This document shows positions 55,219 to 64,000 of a DNA stretch of 64,000 bases, piece after piece. Source of the stretch: a virus; the IMG/VR virus record IMGVR_UViG_3300027770_000029; one strand, written 5' to 3'. A model generated the notes under the pieces. That model ran no database searches and had not been told where the DNA came from. It saw nothing but the letters and a program-made list of their open reading frames with translations. The position numbers were made by a program, and so were the translations under genes. Position 1 is the first letter of the stretch. The number at the start of each line of letters is the position of its first letter.

Positions 55219-55899
55219 ATGTTCGAATGCGAAAATTGCTCAATCTCTCATGATGCCTCGTATGGAAGCGGAAGATTCTGCAGCGCAAAATGTTCGAGGT
55301 CATTTTCGACTAGATCGAAGAGAAAAGAGATAAATGAAAAAGTCTCAAAGTCTTTGTCTGGTAGAGAATGTCCCAAAGATTTTGAGTGTGATGGGTGCGG
55401 TAAAAAATTCGGTTCGAAGATGGCTCTGATAGGGCACAAGTCAAATTGCGATAAAAATGATGCAAAGCTTGAACGCGAAAGATATAATCAAAACAGATTG
55501 GAAGTCAAGCTAAATGCTTCATTTGAAGAACTTTCAATCATCTTGAAAAGAGAAAAAATTTTCCGTGAACAATCTGGTAAATGTAACCATTGCGGATTAG
55601 AAAACTGGCTCGGACAAAAAATAACTCTAGAGCTTGAACATCGCGATGGAAACACAAATAATAATGACAGATCGAACCTAGAGCTTCTTTGCCCAAATTG
55701 CCATTCTCTAACTCACACGTGGAGAGGCAGAAATAAAAGCAAAAGTAACTCTAGAAAAAGAGTGAGTGATGAAGATCTTTCAGAAGCACTAAAAAGCAGC
55801 TTGTCAATTCGTCAGGCGCTGATTAAAGTTGGTTTAGCTCCTAAAGGTGCAAACTACTTCAGAGCGAAAAAGTTAAAAGAAAATTTAACGGGCCTTTAG
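55219..55899 (+). CDS. HNH homing-endonuclease-like protein with SYGSGRFC Zn-finger N-terminus
   Basis: CNHC...LELEHRDGN..NNDRSNLELLCPNCH; stop inside tRNA-Lys. Confidence 0.9.
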   Translation: MFECENCSISHDASYGSGRFCSAKCSRSFSTRSKRKEINEKVSKSLSGRECPKDFECDGCGKKFGSKMALIGHKSNCDKNDAKLERERYNQNRLEVKLNASFEELSIILKREKIFREQSGKCNHCGLENWLGQKITLELEHRDGNTNNNDRSNLELLCPNCHSLTHTWRGRNKSKSNSRKRVSDEDLSEALKSSLSIRQALIKVGLAPKGANYFRAKKLKENLTGL

Positions 55900-56168
55900 C
55901 TCAACTGGCAGAGCAAGGGACTTTCAATGGAAGCTTCAGGGAGAAATCTCTGTCGAACACAGCCCAAATTCGGGGAACTCTTAACAGGTAATGCTGATGA
56001 CAATCCCGAGCGAAGCCCGAAAGGGAACGTGTAGAGACTAGAGGGGCTGCACCCTAACGAGAAAGACGAGGGTGATGGTATAGTCCAGACCACGAACTGC
56101 AAAGGCGACGAAAGTCGAAGTGGTATGTAATCCCAAGGTTGTGGGTTCGATTCCCACAGGGCCCACCA
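55890..56168 (+). tRNA. trnK: tRNA-Lys(TTT) split by group I intron (exons 55890-55924, 56128-56168)
   Basis: Joined exons GGGA-CTTT|TAA-TCCC, A73, CCA. Confidence 0.88.
55925..56127 (+). mobile_element. Group I intron (~203 nt) in tRNA-Lys
   Basis: P AAATTCGGGGAA, Q AATCCCGAGC, R GTGTAGAGACT, S GGTATAGTCC; terminal G. Confidence 0.9.
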
Positions 56169-56210
56169 TCTGAAGGTTTCAGGAAACCCTTCCAAAAAAC
56201 GGAACCATGT

Positions 56211-56284
56211 TGGGGCGTCGTTCAACGGTAGGACAGCGGGCTTTGACCCCGCGAATTAAGGTTCGAATCCTTGCGCCCCAACCA
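56211..56284 (+). tRNA. trnQ: tRNA-Gln(TTG)
   Basis: GCGGG-CTTTGAC-CCCGC, CCA. Confidence 0.9.
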
Positions 56285-56288
56285 CATC

Positions 56289-56363
56289 GATCCCATCGTC
56301 TATCGGTTAGGACTCGAGACTTTCAATCTCGTAAGCTGGATTCAACTCCCAGTGGGATCACCA
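56289..56363 (+). tRNA. trnE: tRNA-Glu(TTC)
   Basis: CGAGA-CTTTCAA-TCTCG, CCA. Confidence 0.9.
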
Positions 56364-56578
56364 GATGCTGTTGATTCGTCAACTGCAGTAGCGTGCAAAA
56401 TCATGGGGTTGCGCGCTCGAGAGGCACAAACTTATTGCAATCCACGGGTCTGAGCGCTCGAGATTGGGACCGAGGTCTCTCCGGTCTTATAACACGCAGG
56501 TCGTACCGATCAGCTTCAGTGACCAGACCGTTGTTTGACCAGTTGAACGTCCTCACGGTACTGGGGGTCAGTAAACAT

Positions 56579-56620
56579 CCGCCGGGTCGCCGAATATTTA
56601 TCGGGGCCCGGCGGTTTTTT
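56579..56620 (+). terminator. Intrinsic terminator with late motif in its loop
   Basis: CCGCCGGG...CCCGGCGG then T6. Confidence 0.75.
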
Positions 56621-56633
56621 CTAGGAGGTAAAC

Positions 56634-56945
56634 ATGTACAGGCAAATCGAAATTTTCAGCGATCTGGTCGCCCTGCAGCTTGGGATTGTCCACCCGACAG
56701 TCGCATGCGCATCGAAGGACGATCGTCCGAAGAGCATCGACGAGGCACTCGCCTCCATGTCAGAGAGAGAAGCACGCGTCTGCAAGCGCAAGTTTCGCAA
56801 GCTCCTTCGTCAGCGCAGCAATCCCAAGTTTCGTAATCGGTGGAATCCGCGTCGGCGTCGCAGCGAGGTGATGCTCGACATTCGAGCCCGCGCGTGGTCT
56901 ATCGCTCAGGCCACGGGGAATCAGCTCACGGATAATGATGAGTAG
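56634..56945 (+). CDS. Basic hypothetical protein
   Basis: SD GGAGG. Confidence 0.7.
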   Translation: MYRQIEIFSDLVALQLGIVHPTVACASKDDRPKSIDEALASMSEREARVCKRKFRKLLRQRSNPKFRNRWNPRRRRSEVMLDIRARAWSIAQATGNQLTDNDE

Positions 56946-57453
56946 GGCCCTTCTGCTGGCCTGTTGTTTAGGAGTTTTTCTTTGGCCATCTAAGGTTGCG
57001 GTCCCACCGCAGCCTGCTCCTAATCCATTCCCTGTAACTTCATTGTTCATTCTTGACTCAGATCAAGAAGCTGTAGCTCATCAAGTTGAGGAGCGTTTGA
57101 GAGAGCATGGATTCTCAAATGAGCTCATTATCGGAGCACTTGTCAACGCTTATGCCGAGAGTGGTCTTGATGTTTCTGTTGTTGGCAAAGCTGGTGAGCG
57201 TGGCATCTTTCAGCTCAACCCGAAAGGTCTTGGCCACAACATGACGAAGGAAGAGATGAGAGATGTGGTCACATCGGTAGATCGTATCGCAAAAGCTGTT
57301 CGAAAGAACGAGCGTGTGATGGCTCTCGAAGAAAGTGAAGGAACTGCTACTCAGCACGCTCTCGCTTTCTGCAAGGAGATCGAACGCCCGAAACACAAGG
57401 AGCGAAAAGCACGTGAGCGTGTCAAGCTCATGGAAAAAATTATGATCGATTGA
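56938..57453 (+). CDS. Secreted lysozyme-like (phage tail lysozyme/SLT-like) protein
   Basis: Signal peptide; NAYAESGL...GIFQL; FCKEIERP. Confidence 0.7.
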   Translation: MSRALLLACCLGVFLWPSKVAVPPQPAPNPFPVTSLFILDSDQEAVAHQVEERLREHGFSNELIIGALVNAYAESGLDVSVVGKAGERGIFQLNPKGLGHNMTKEEMRDVVTSVDRIAKAVRKNERVMALEESEGTATQHALAFCKEIERPKHKERKARERVKLMEKIMID

Positions 57454-57524
57454 TGATAGTGTTTGGGCTCGCTTCGGCGAGCCCAAACTGTTTCTGGGGC
57501 ATACTTAAGGATGGAGACGAAACC

Positions 57525-57689
57525 TTGGCAACGGATGACCAAAAAATAAGGGCGCAACAGCTACTCCGGAGGGCGCTAAAGGATCTGGAGCAGGCAGCCA
57601 GGTTACTGGACCTACAGGATGCCGCGGTGCTCCAGAGGCTCCGGAGTGCATCCCGTGAGGTTAAGATTGCGGAGTCCCAGCTGCGATGA
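57525..57689 (+). CDS. Small helical protein (TTG start)
   Basis: Late motif 57501, SD GGAG. Confidence 0.5.
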   Translation: MATDDQKIRAQQLLRRALKDLEQAARLLDLQDAAVLQRLRSASREVKIAESQLR

Positions 57690-57988
57690 TTGAGCTTCTC
57701 AGAAAATTGATACGTGAGGAGCTTGGGCGTGACCTGAAGTCTCCTCGACCCGACCCGCTCACATGGAAAGATTACCCTGGTGTCCACGTTATGATCACTG
57801 CTGATCCGGTCGGCGGGGTCTACATCGCCCAGGTTAAAGTTGATGATGATGATTCGCTCTCGACACCATCGCGTCGTTTCAAGTCGGAGAATGATGCGAT
57901 GTTTTGGGCACGTGACAAAGCTGATCGAGCCTACAAGAGTCTGCTAAACTCTCCGGGTTTCGATCCGAACAAGCCAAAATTCAAGTAA
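57686..57988 (+). CDS. Tagged protein (LLRKLIREE)
   Basis: ATGA overlap. Confidence 0.7.
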   Translation: MIELLRKLIREELGRDLKSPRPDPLTWKDYPGVHVMITADPVGGVYIAQVKVDDDDSLSTPSRRFKSENDAMFWARDKADRAYKSLLNSPGFDPNKPKFK

Positions 57989-58050
57989 ATCTTTCTGTTC
58001 ATACCTGCTGTGCAGTTTACAATTGACTACACACCCATGAGGACATCAGA

Positions 58051-59679
58051 ATGATTTCGTACGAGAGCTTCTTCCCGTTTGGCGCAATCCGTGACCAGCA
58101 GCGTGAGGCGATCGAGTTCGCTCTCAGCGAGTTTGAGAGCGGAAAGAGGTTCGTTATTGTCGAGGCAGGGACCGGTGTCGGCAAATCCGCCATCGGTGTC
58201 TGCATCTCTCGAGCTCTTTCGAACTGGCTTCCCCATCAGGAGGACTACAAGCGAGGGTCTTACTTCCTCACGACCCAGAAGATCCTGCAGGAGCAGTACC
58301 TTGATGACTTCGGCGGTTGCAAGGGCCCGATGACCTCGATTAAGTCGAGTTCGAACTACCAGTGCAAGTACCACAAGAAGCAGTCTTGTGGTGAGTCGCA
58401 GCGGCTTCTCAAGCTCGAGCAGGACAAGACCTCCAAGTTTTTCCGTACCTGCTCGTTCAGCTGCAATTACAAGGAAGCAAAGGGAAAGTTCATGGAATCT
58501 CCGGAGTCCATCACTAACTTCTCCTACTTCATGGCTGAAACGACCTACGCGGGCAAGCTTCTTCCCCGTGATGTTCTTGTTATCGATGAGGCTCACAACT
58601 CAGATTCCGAGCTCAGCAAGTTTATCGAGGTCTCAGTTTCTGAGAAGTTTGCCCAGACTGTTCTGAACCTCCAGATGCCGAAGACTCTCAACAGCGAGCG
58701 AGCTGCATTCGACTGGATCAAAAACGTCTACATCACGAAGCTCACCTCTCATCTAAAGCATATCGAGGCGATGTTCGAGCAGCATGCTGGTCTTCGTGAG
58801 AAGGTGAAGGAGTTCGACGCTCTATCGCGTCAGATTGAGATGCTTGACAAGCACATGTGCAAGGTGAATCGATTCATCGATCTTTTCGATGAGGACAACT
58901 GGGTCTTTAACATCACCGAGACTGAAGATCGAAAGACCCGTCGGCTCGAGTTCAAGCCCATCGATATCTCTCCGTACTCGGAGCAGTCGCTGTTCAAGTT
59001 CGGTCGAAAGGTTCTCATGCTCTCCGCCACGATCCTCAATCAGCGTGCATTCTGTGAAAGTCTCGGCATTCCACTCGAGCAGACGGCTTTCATCAGCCTT
59101 CCGTCTCCCTTCCCGGTTGAGAATCGACCCGTTCTCGTGAGCTCGATCGGTAAGATGAGTGCTGCGGAGATTGACAACACTCTTCCGAAGCTTGCCGAGG
59201 CGGTCCGGCAGATCCTCGCCGCTCACCCGAACGAGAAGGGCATCATCCACTGCCATTCTTACAAGGTGTCCAGCTACATCATGAAGAACATCAGGAGTAA
59301 GCGTCTCTTGACTCACAAGTCCGAGGATCGTGAGGATGTTCTCAACCAGCACATCAGCAGCAAGGAGCCGACGGTTCTCGTAACCCCATCGATGACTGAA
59401 GGAGTTGACCTCAAGGGAGACCTAAGTCGATTCCAGATCATCTGTAAGGTGCCGTATCCTTACCTTGGTGACAAGCTGGTCCAGAAGCGCATGCGAAAGT
59501 GGAGCTGGTGGTACCCTCTTCAGACTGCAAAGACCATCATCCAATCACTCGGTCGTTCAATCCGCTCTGCAGATGATCATGCAATCTCCTATATCTTGGA
59601 CTCTGATTGGGATAGATTTTACGGACAGCAGCGGGACATGTTTCCTGAGTCGTTCCGCGAGTCTATTCACAAAACTTAG
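58051..59679 (+). CDS. DinG/Rad3-like SF2 helicase
   Basis: EAGTGVGKS, IDEAH, MLSAT, EGVDL, KVPYP, QSLGRSIR..DD. Confidence 0.92.
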   Translation: MISYESFFPFGAIRDQQREAIEFALSEFESGKRFVIVEAGTGVGKSAIGVCISRALSNWLPHQEDYKRGSYFLTTQKILQEQYLDDFGGCKGPMTSIKSSSNYQCKYHKKQSCGESQRLLKLEQDKTSKFFRTCSFSCNYKEAKGKFMESPESITNFSYFMAETTYAGKLLPRDVLVIDEAHNSDSELSKFIEVSVSEKFAQTVLNLQMPKTLNSERAAFDWIKNVYITKLTSHLKHIEAMFEQHAGLREKVKEFDALSRQIEMLDKHMCKVNRFIDLFDEDNWVFNITETEDRKTRRLEFKPIDISPYSEQSLFKFGRKVLMLSATILNQRAFCESLGIPLEQTAFISLPSPFPVENRPVLVSSIGKMSAAEIDNTLPKLAEAVRQILAAHPNEKGIIHCHSYKVSSYIMKNIRSKRLLTHKSEDREDVLNQHISSKEPTVLVTPSMTEGVDLKGDLSRFQIICKVPYPYLGDKLVQKRMRKWSWWYPLQTAKTIIQSLGRSIRSADDHAISYILDSDWDRFYGQQRDMFPESFRESIHKT

Positions 59680-59687
59680 GAGATACT

Positions 59688-60179
59688 TTGTCAGAGATTC
59701 TTGATTCAGTCGATGATCTTCGCATTCTTGCAGACATAAAGAGCGAGCGACTCATCGTCACATCAGGTGGATTTGATCCGATGCACGTCGGTCATTTACG
59801 TTGCTTAATAGAGTCTGCTAGTCTTGCGCAGAAGATCGGTGGAAGGACCAAACTAGCCGTCATCGTCAATGGTGACGGCTTTCTTCTGCGCAAGAAAGGA
59901 TACGCATTCATGCCAGCATCCGAAAGGATGGAGATCATCGCAGGTGTGAAGGGGGTCGATTACGTTGTTCCATGGGACGATGGAAGTCAGACTGTCACGG
60001 GTGCCCTGGCTATTTTGAAACCCTTCGCATTCACAAAAGGGGGAGACAGGGACGCAGCCTCGAACGTTCCCGAGTTTGACCTTTGCGAGCAAATGGGAAC
60101 TCAAGTGATTTTCAATGTTGGAGGAGGAAAAGTTCAATCGTCTTCCACACTCGTTGATGCGCTTAAGTCCAAGTCGTGA
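59688..60179 (+). CDS. Cytidylyltransferase-like protein (HxGH family)
   Basis: SGGFDPMHVGH, FTKGGD, KVQSSS. Confidence 0.9.
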   Translation: MSEILDSVDDLRILADIKSERLIVTSGGFDPMHVGHLRCLIESASLAQKIGGRTKLAVIVNGDGFLLRKKGYAFMPASERMEIIAGVKGVDYVVPWDDGSQTVTGALAILKPFAFTKGGDRDAASNVPEFDLCEQMGTQVIFNVGGGKVQSSSTLVDALKSKS

Positions 60180-60191
60180 TATTTAAGATGC

Positions 60192-60665
60192 ATGAAAACA
60201 TCGCAGCTTGTCAAAAGCCTAATGTCCAAACTGGAAGACGGGGTTGAGATCAATAAGACCTCGAATTTTTCTATTTTTATTGACAAGGGCCTTAAGATTG
60301 AAAAGAAGGACCAGAAAATCATTAGAGATTTTCTGTCTCTTTGCGTCGACTCTTTAGAACTTGAGGGAGAGTATAAATGCTTTCTCAGCGCAAATAGGAA
60401 GAGATCGCACATCGTAACAACTGCAATTTGCTCATTCAGCGAAAATAGAATCAAGATCTACTGTCATGGGAGATCTTTGGCTGATATGCTAAGATCTATC
60501 GCTCATGAGGTTTTTCATCTCAGACAGCACGAATTAGGTCTTGTCCCTGAAAAAATAACGAAACCTCACCACCTTAGTCCGATAGAATGGCAAGCTAACA
60601 TTGCCGGTGGTTCATTGCTCAGCTACTTTGCGCAGAAAGTTGGTAAGGATAAAATTTACCGTTAA
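60192..60665 (+). CDS. HExxH-motif protein, putative metallopeptidase
   Basis: RSIAHEVFH...E; late motif 60179. Confidence 0.6.
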   Translation: MKTSQLVKSLMSKLEDGVEINKTSNFSIFIDKGLKIEKKDQKIIRDFLSLCVDSLELEGEYKCFLSANRKRSHIVTTAICSFSENRIKIYCHGRSLADMLRSIAHEVFHLRQHELGLVPEKITKPHHLSPIEWQANIAGGSLLSYFAQKVGKDKIYR

Positions 60666-60726
60666 GTTCCCTGCATCTGAACTTGTTCGGAAGTTGTTTA
60701 TAAGATCTATTTAACTTTAGGTCATT

Positions 60727-61158
60727 ATGAAAGCGAAAAAACAAAAAGAAAGATCAGCTGGTTTCGTAATTGTTCGAAGAAACGGTACAACGTGGGAAGT
60801 ACTCGGTCTCAGAGTGTGGGGAAAGATTGATATCCCAAAAGGACACGTTGAGGTTGGAGAAAGTGATATTGATGCTGCAGTGAGAGAGTGCAGAGAAGAA
60901 GCTGGTATCAATGTTTCTTCATCTGACATGCTGTGGGGGAACCATTATTTCGTTTCCGAACGCCCTCACAAAGATGTTATCGTCTACATCGCATCTACGG
61001 ATCAGGAGCCGGAGATACTCATGAATCCCGAAACAAAGCAGTACGAGCACGATGGCTATCATTGGCTCACTTGGGACGAAATGAGAAGAAGATGCTATCC
61101 TTATCTTCTGGGAGCTATCGACTGGGCAGAGTCGACCGTTAAGAATAGATCAACATAA
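60727..61158 (+). CDS. NUDIX hydrolase (Ap4A-hydrolase-like)
   Basis: PKGHVEVGESDIDAAVRECREEAG. Confidence 0.92.
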   Translation: MKAKKQKERSAGFVIVRRNGTTWEVLGLRVWGKIDIPKGHVEVGESDIDAAVRECREEAGINVSSSDMLWGNHYFVSERPHKDVIVYIASTDQEPEILMNPETKQYEHDGYHWLTWDEMRRRCYPYLLGAIDWAESTVKNRST

Positions 61159-61189
61159 CGTTCACCATCGTTTATCTCTTAACCATCGA

Positions 61190-62422
61190 ATGAGTACAAT
61201 TCAAACGATGAAGCGCAGACTCACAAAAAATCCCGAAAACAGCCAAAAGCTCTGGAGATCTTTTGCTTCTGATCTTCTTAGAAAGTTAAAAGAAAGAAGT
61301 ATTTTCGTAAATCTTGGAGATTCTTCAATCTCTCTTTGCGAATGTGAGAGTATTAGAGCTATTTCAGAAACTGTTCCTGAGTCTCCCACCAGGAACCTCC
61401 TTCTAAAATGCTTGCTTGACGCTGAGCAGCAAAGCGCTGGTGGTTCTTTTGTTGCTCTTTCTGAGATCGCTAGATCAAAAAACTTAGATCTGGACTTTGG
61501 TCATAGGTTCAGTGTGGATGATCTTAGGAAGAGTCTGCTGTCTCTATCTGACCAAATAGTCTCTGACATTGTGGTTGATTCAATTTCGATAGCTGGGAGA
61601 AACGGAAAGATCGTCTTAGACTCTAGTGACGTTCAAAAGACAGAGATCACCTACGGAACGCAATCATGTCGATGGCATCCACCGTCAGATTTTTTTGCAG
61701 CTGCGGGTCAATCTAAAATTGCAGTCCAGAATTGCAAAATAGTCTTTATCGATGGAATCATTGAAAGCGTCTCAGAGTGTCATAGGATATTTCAAGACTC
61801 TTACGACAAAAAAATTCCCGTTGTTATCTTCGCAAGAGGATTTAACGAAGAGGTCATCGCGACCTCAGCCGTCAACATCAAGAGACAGACGGCACGAGTG
61901 GTTCCTGTGGTGATTCCATTCGATGAAGTTGGAGTGAATGGGATGGCAGATCTTGCGAATTGCTTTGGCGCGGAACCTGTATCGGCGGACAAAGGACAGC
62001 TTATCTCATCGGTTGATCTAGATTCCTGCGTTGCTGCTGATCAAATTGTCTGTAACTTGTCATCTACTGAGATTGAGTTTAAAGAGAATAGAGTTTCTAA
62101 CGTTGTTTCTAGATTAGCATCAAAATTATCAAGCTGCGATCAAGATCAGTCAGATCTCATCCGGCGTCGTCTTGGCGCACTTGGTTCTGGTCTCGTAACA
62201 ATAAAGATCGGTGCTGACAAGAAGTCACTTTCCGGTATTCAAAGAGATCGTGTTGATTTTGGACTTCGATACGCAAAATCGTGCATGTCTTCCGGCGTAG
62301 TTAATTACTCCGGCACGCTTCTTCCATTCTCAGCTTTAAAAGCTGGAACATCGAGCTCTAAATCTTTCATTTCTATTCTGACCAAGTGTAGCACCATTTT
62401 GGAGGTTGACAAATGTGGTTAG
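61190..62422 (+). CDS. Divergent GroEL/Cpn60-like protein
   Basis: AG..G.I, FIDG.IESV.E, IFARGF.EEV, DLA...GA, R...L..G...IKIGA. Confidence 0.65.
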   Translation: MSTIQTMKRRLTKNPENSQKLWRSFASDLLRKLKERSIFVNLGDSSISLCECESIRAISETVPESPTRNLLLKCLLDAEQQSAGGSFVALSEIARSKNLDLDFGHRFSVDDLRKSLLSLSDQIVSDIVVDSISIAGRNGKIVLDSSDVQKTEITYGTQSCRWHPPSDFFAAAGQSKIAVQNCKIVFIDGIIESVSECHRIFQDSYDKKIPVVIFARGFNEEVIATSAVNIKRQTARVVPVVIPFDEVGVNGMADLANCFGAEPVSADKGQLISSVDLDSCVAADQIVCNLSSTEIEFKENRVSNVVSRLASKLSSCDQDQSDLIRRRLGALGSGLVTIKIGADKKSLSGIQRDRVDFGLRYAKSCMSSGVVNYSGTLLPFSALKAGTSSSKSFISILTKCSTILEVDKCG

Positions 62423-62856
62423 ACCCGAGCGGAAATCAAAACGATTTCTCACAGATAATTTCTCAAATTGACAACGAGTGCCAGGTGTTTGTGGGATCGG
62501 ATTCCCAGCTTTCGTCAGGTTCTTGGGTCTTTGCCTCGGTCATTTGTCTCTACTGGCCCGGACGGGGCGGTAAGTATTTCTTCAAAAGAGACAAAAGAGT
62601 TAGATCAACTTACGCGTGTCTTGAGGACAGGCTCCTGTCTGAAGTTCACAGCTCAGTTACTGTAGCCGATCAGATAAGAAAGATGAATCCTAATCTTCAA
62701 ATACACGTTCACGCTGATATCGCGTCGAATCCCAAGAACAAGTCTAATCGGGTCGCAAAAATAGCTCAGAATTACATTTCTGGTATGGGATTCTCTCCGA
62801 CAATCAAGCCAGACGCTTGGGCTGCTGCAACAATAGCTGACAGACTCACAAAATAA
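62413..62856 (+). CDS. RNase H-like YkuK/DUF458 family protein
   Basis: VGSDSQ, RLLSEV..S, HAD, KP.AWAA..IAD. Confidence 0.85.
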   Translation: MWLDPSGNQNDFSQIISQIDNECQVFVGSDSQLSSGSWVFASVICLYWPGRGGKYFFKRDKRVRSTYACLEDRLLSEVHSSVTVADQIRKMNPNLQIHVHADIASNPKNKSNRVAKIAQNYISGMGFSPTIKPDAWAAATIADRLTK

Positions 62857-62903
62857 CCTTTACTTTTTTGAGCTTTATTGTGAATTTTAATGGAGAGGAA
62901 AAA

Positions 62904-63158
62904 ATGAGTCTTGAATCTGATGTCGGTAGAGTAACGCATGACGTTCTCGGTGCAATTTCTGATAACGTAACGGCTAACTTGACCTTGGTCCTAAAGAACG
63001 AGATGAAGCTTTCGGACGATCAGGTTGTTCGTGCGACAAGCATCGTAAAGTCAACGATTGAGAGTGTGGGGTACAACGGCGTTAATCAGTACATCTCGCT
63101 TTTCAAAGAAATTCAGAAAGAGTCTGATGCTCCCAAGAAGAACAAGCTCTTCGGGTGA
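62904..63158 (+). CDS. Hypothetical protein
   Basis: SD GAGG, ORF track. Confidence 0.6.
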   Translation: MSLESDVGRVTHDVLGAISDNVTANLTLVLKNEMKLSDDQVVRATSIVKSTIESVGYNGVNQYISLFKEIQKESDAPKKNKLFG

Positions 63159-63161
63159 AAC

Positions 63162-63605
63162 TTGCAAGGGATCAAGCACTTAATTCAATGTCATTGCATT
63201 CTTCCACAGTTTAAGAATGCTGCTGATCCCGTATTTCATAAGTTTGCAGTTTTTTCTGTGATTGATGATTCTGACACTGTCCAACCGAAATTTGCTCAAT
63301 GCAATAACTGTGGTGTCATTCATAAAATCACAGATATCTGTAAATCAGAGTTGACCTCAAAAGAAGATGCAAAATCTCTTCCGAATATTGAAGACATAAA
63401 ATTTTCAATATCTCAAGATCTTATCAGAGTCTTAGAATCTTACCAATGTGACATTGCTACATGGGAGCAGGCCGAGTGGATTTATCTCACTAAATCTTGG
63501 GATCAGTGGATAACACTAGCTAAAGAGGAAGACGAGGTGGGTGACCTGCACGGTAAGAGATTAATTTTTGTAGATGACGGAAAGTTCAGGATAGAGGCGT
63601 TCTAA
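63162..63605 (+). CDS. Zn-binding hypothetical protein (CHC...CNNC)
   Basis: ORF track. Confidence 0.7.
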   Translation: MQGIKHLIQCHCILPQFKNAADPVFHKFAVFSVIDDSDTVQPKFAQCNNCGVIHKITDICKSELTSKEDAKSLPNIEDIKFSISQDLIRVLESYQCDIATWEQAEWIYLTKSWDQWITLAKEEDEVGDLHGKRLIFVDDGKFRIEAF

Positions 63606-63841
63606 TGACTGAGAAAGTTGGACAAACAGAGACTGAGAAGTGGGCGCAGGAAACTCTAAAATCAAGACAAATTGTCTCTGAAATATTGAAGTTTGGCGTA
63701 AATCAGCGTCAAATTCTAAATATCATTAAGCTTTTGGCAATGGAGCTGGAAGACAGAGAAGCCCTAATGGTCATCTCTACAGTTGCCAAAGAAGCGCTCG
63801 AAGGAGCGCAAGTTTCTTCAAACATCATAACAACGGAGTAA
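63605..63841 (+). CDS. Hypothetical protein
   Basis: Stop/start overlap. Confidence 0.7.
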   Translation: MTEKVGQTETEKWAQETLKSRQIVSEILKFGVNQRQILNIIKLLAMELEDREALMVISTVAKEALEGAQVSSNIITTE

Positions 63842-63844
63842 AAA

Positions 63845-64000
63845 ATGGCAAATGAAGCAATCGCTGAGACTTGGAATCGTGTTAAGACCCTAATCGAGTC
63901 GATGGATCTTGACATCCAGAAGAATGCAGGCGGAAACGCGTCTGCTGGTGTTCGTGCTCGTCGTGGACTCAGACTTCTGAAGAAAGAAGCTGCGACTCTT
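63845..64000 (+). CDS. 3'-truncated histone-H1-like/Hc1-type small basic protein
   Basis: KNAGGNASAGVRARRGLRLLK matches the GN..AG.RAR family motif. Confidence 0.6.
   Translation, partial: MANEAIAETWNRVKTLIESMDLDIQKNAGGNASAGVRARRGLRLLKKEAATL

Overview
This window looks like part of a large tailed-phage (jumbo-phage-like) genome. No capsid or terminase gene is present, so the viral call rests on architecture and gene content. It has three zones. (1) About 1-35.8 kb is very GC-rich and all on the + strand. It holds ~90 short ORFs, most with their own copy of a sigma70-type early promoter (RTGCAA-N17-TATAAC/TATAGT with an extended TGG; 75 copies counted by eye). It also carries a MoxR AAA/VWA pair, a RadA-like ATPase, a bL12-like protein, five winged-helix paralogs and many 'GDLV' SH3-like mini-proteins. 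(2) About 35.8-36.2 kb is a non-coding palindrome/A-tract boundary, followed by genes with a late-type ATANTTA motif. Many of these proteins carry an 'LRxIIREE' helical tag. (3) About 44-56.6 kb is a tRNA region with ~18 tRNA or tRNA-like genes, including two with group I introns at anticodon position 35/36 (Asn-GTT, Lys-TTT). It also has four free-standing endonuclease genes (three end inside the next tRNA), several unassigned structured RNAs, lipoproteins and a di-heme cytochrome c peroxidase. It is followed by a DinG-like helicase, a cytidylyltransferase, a NUDIX hydrolase, a divergent GroEL and an RNase H-like gene. All calls come from manual motif reading, and hand-counted coordinates may be off by 1-3 nt.
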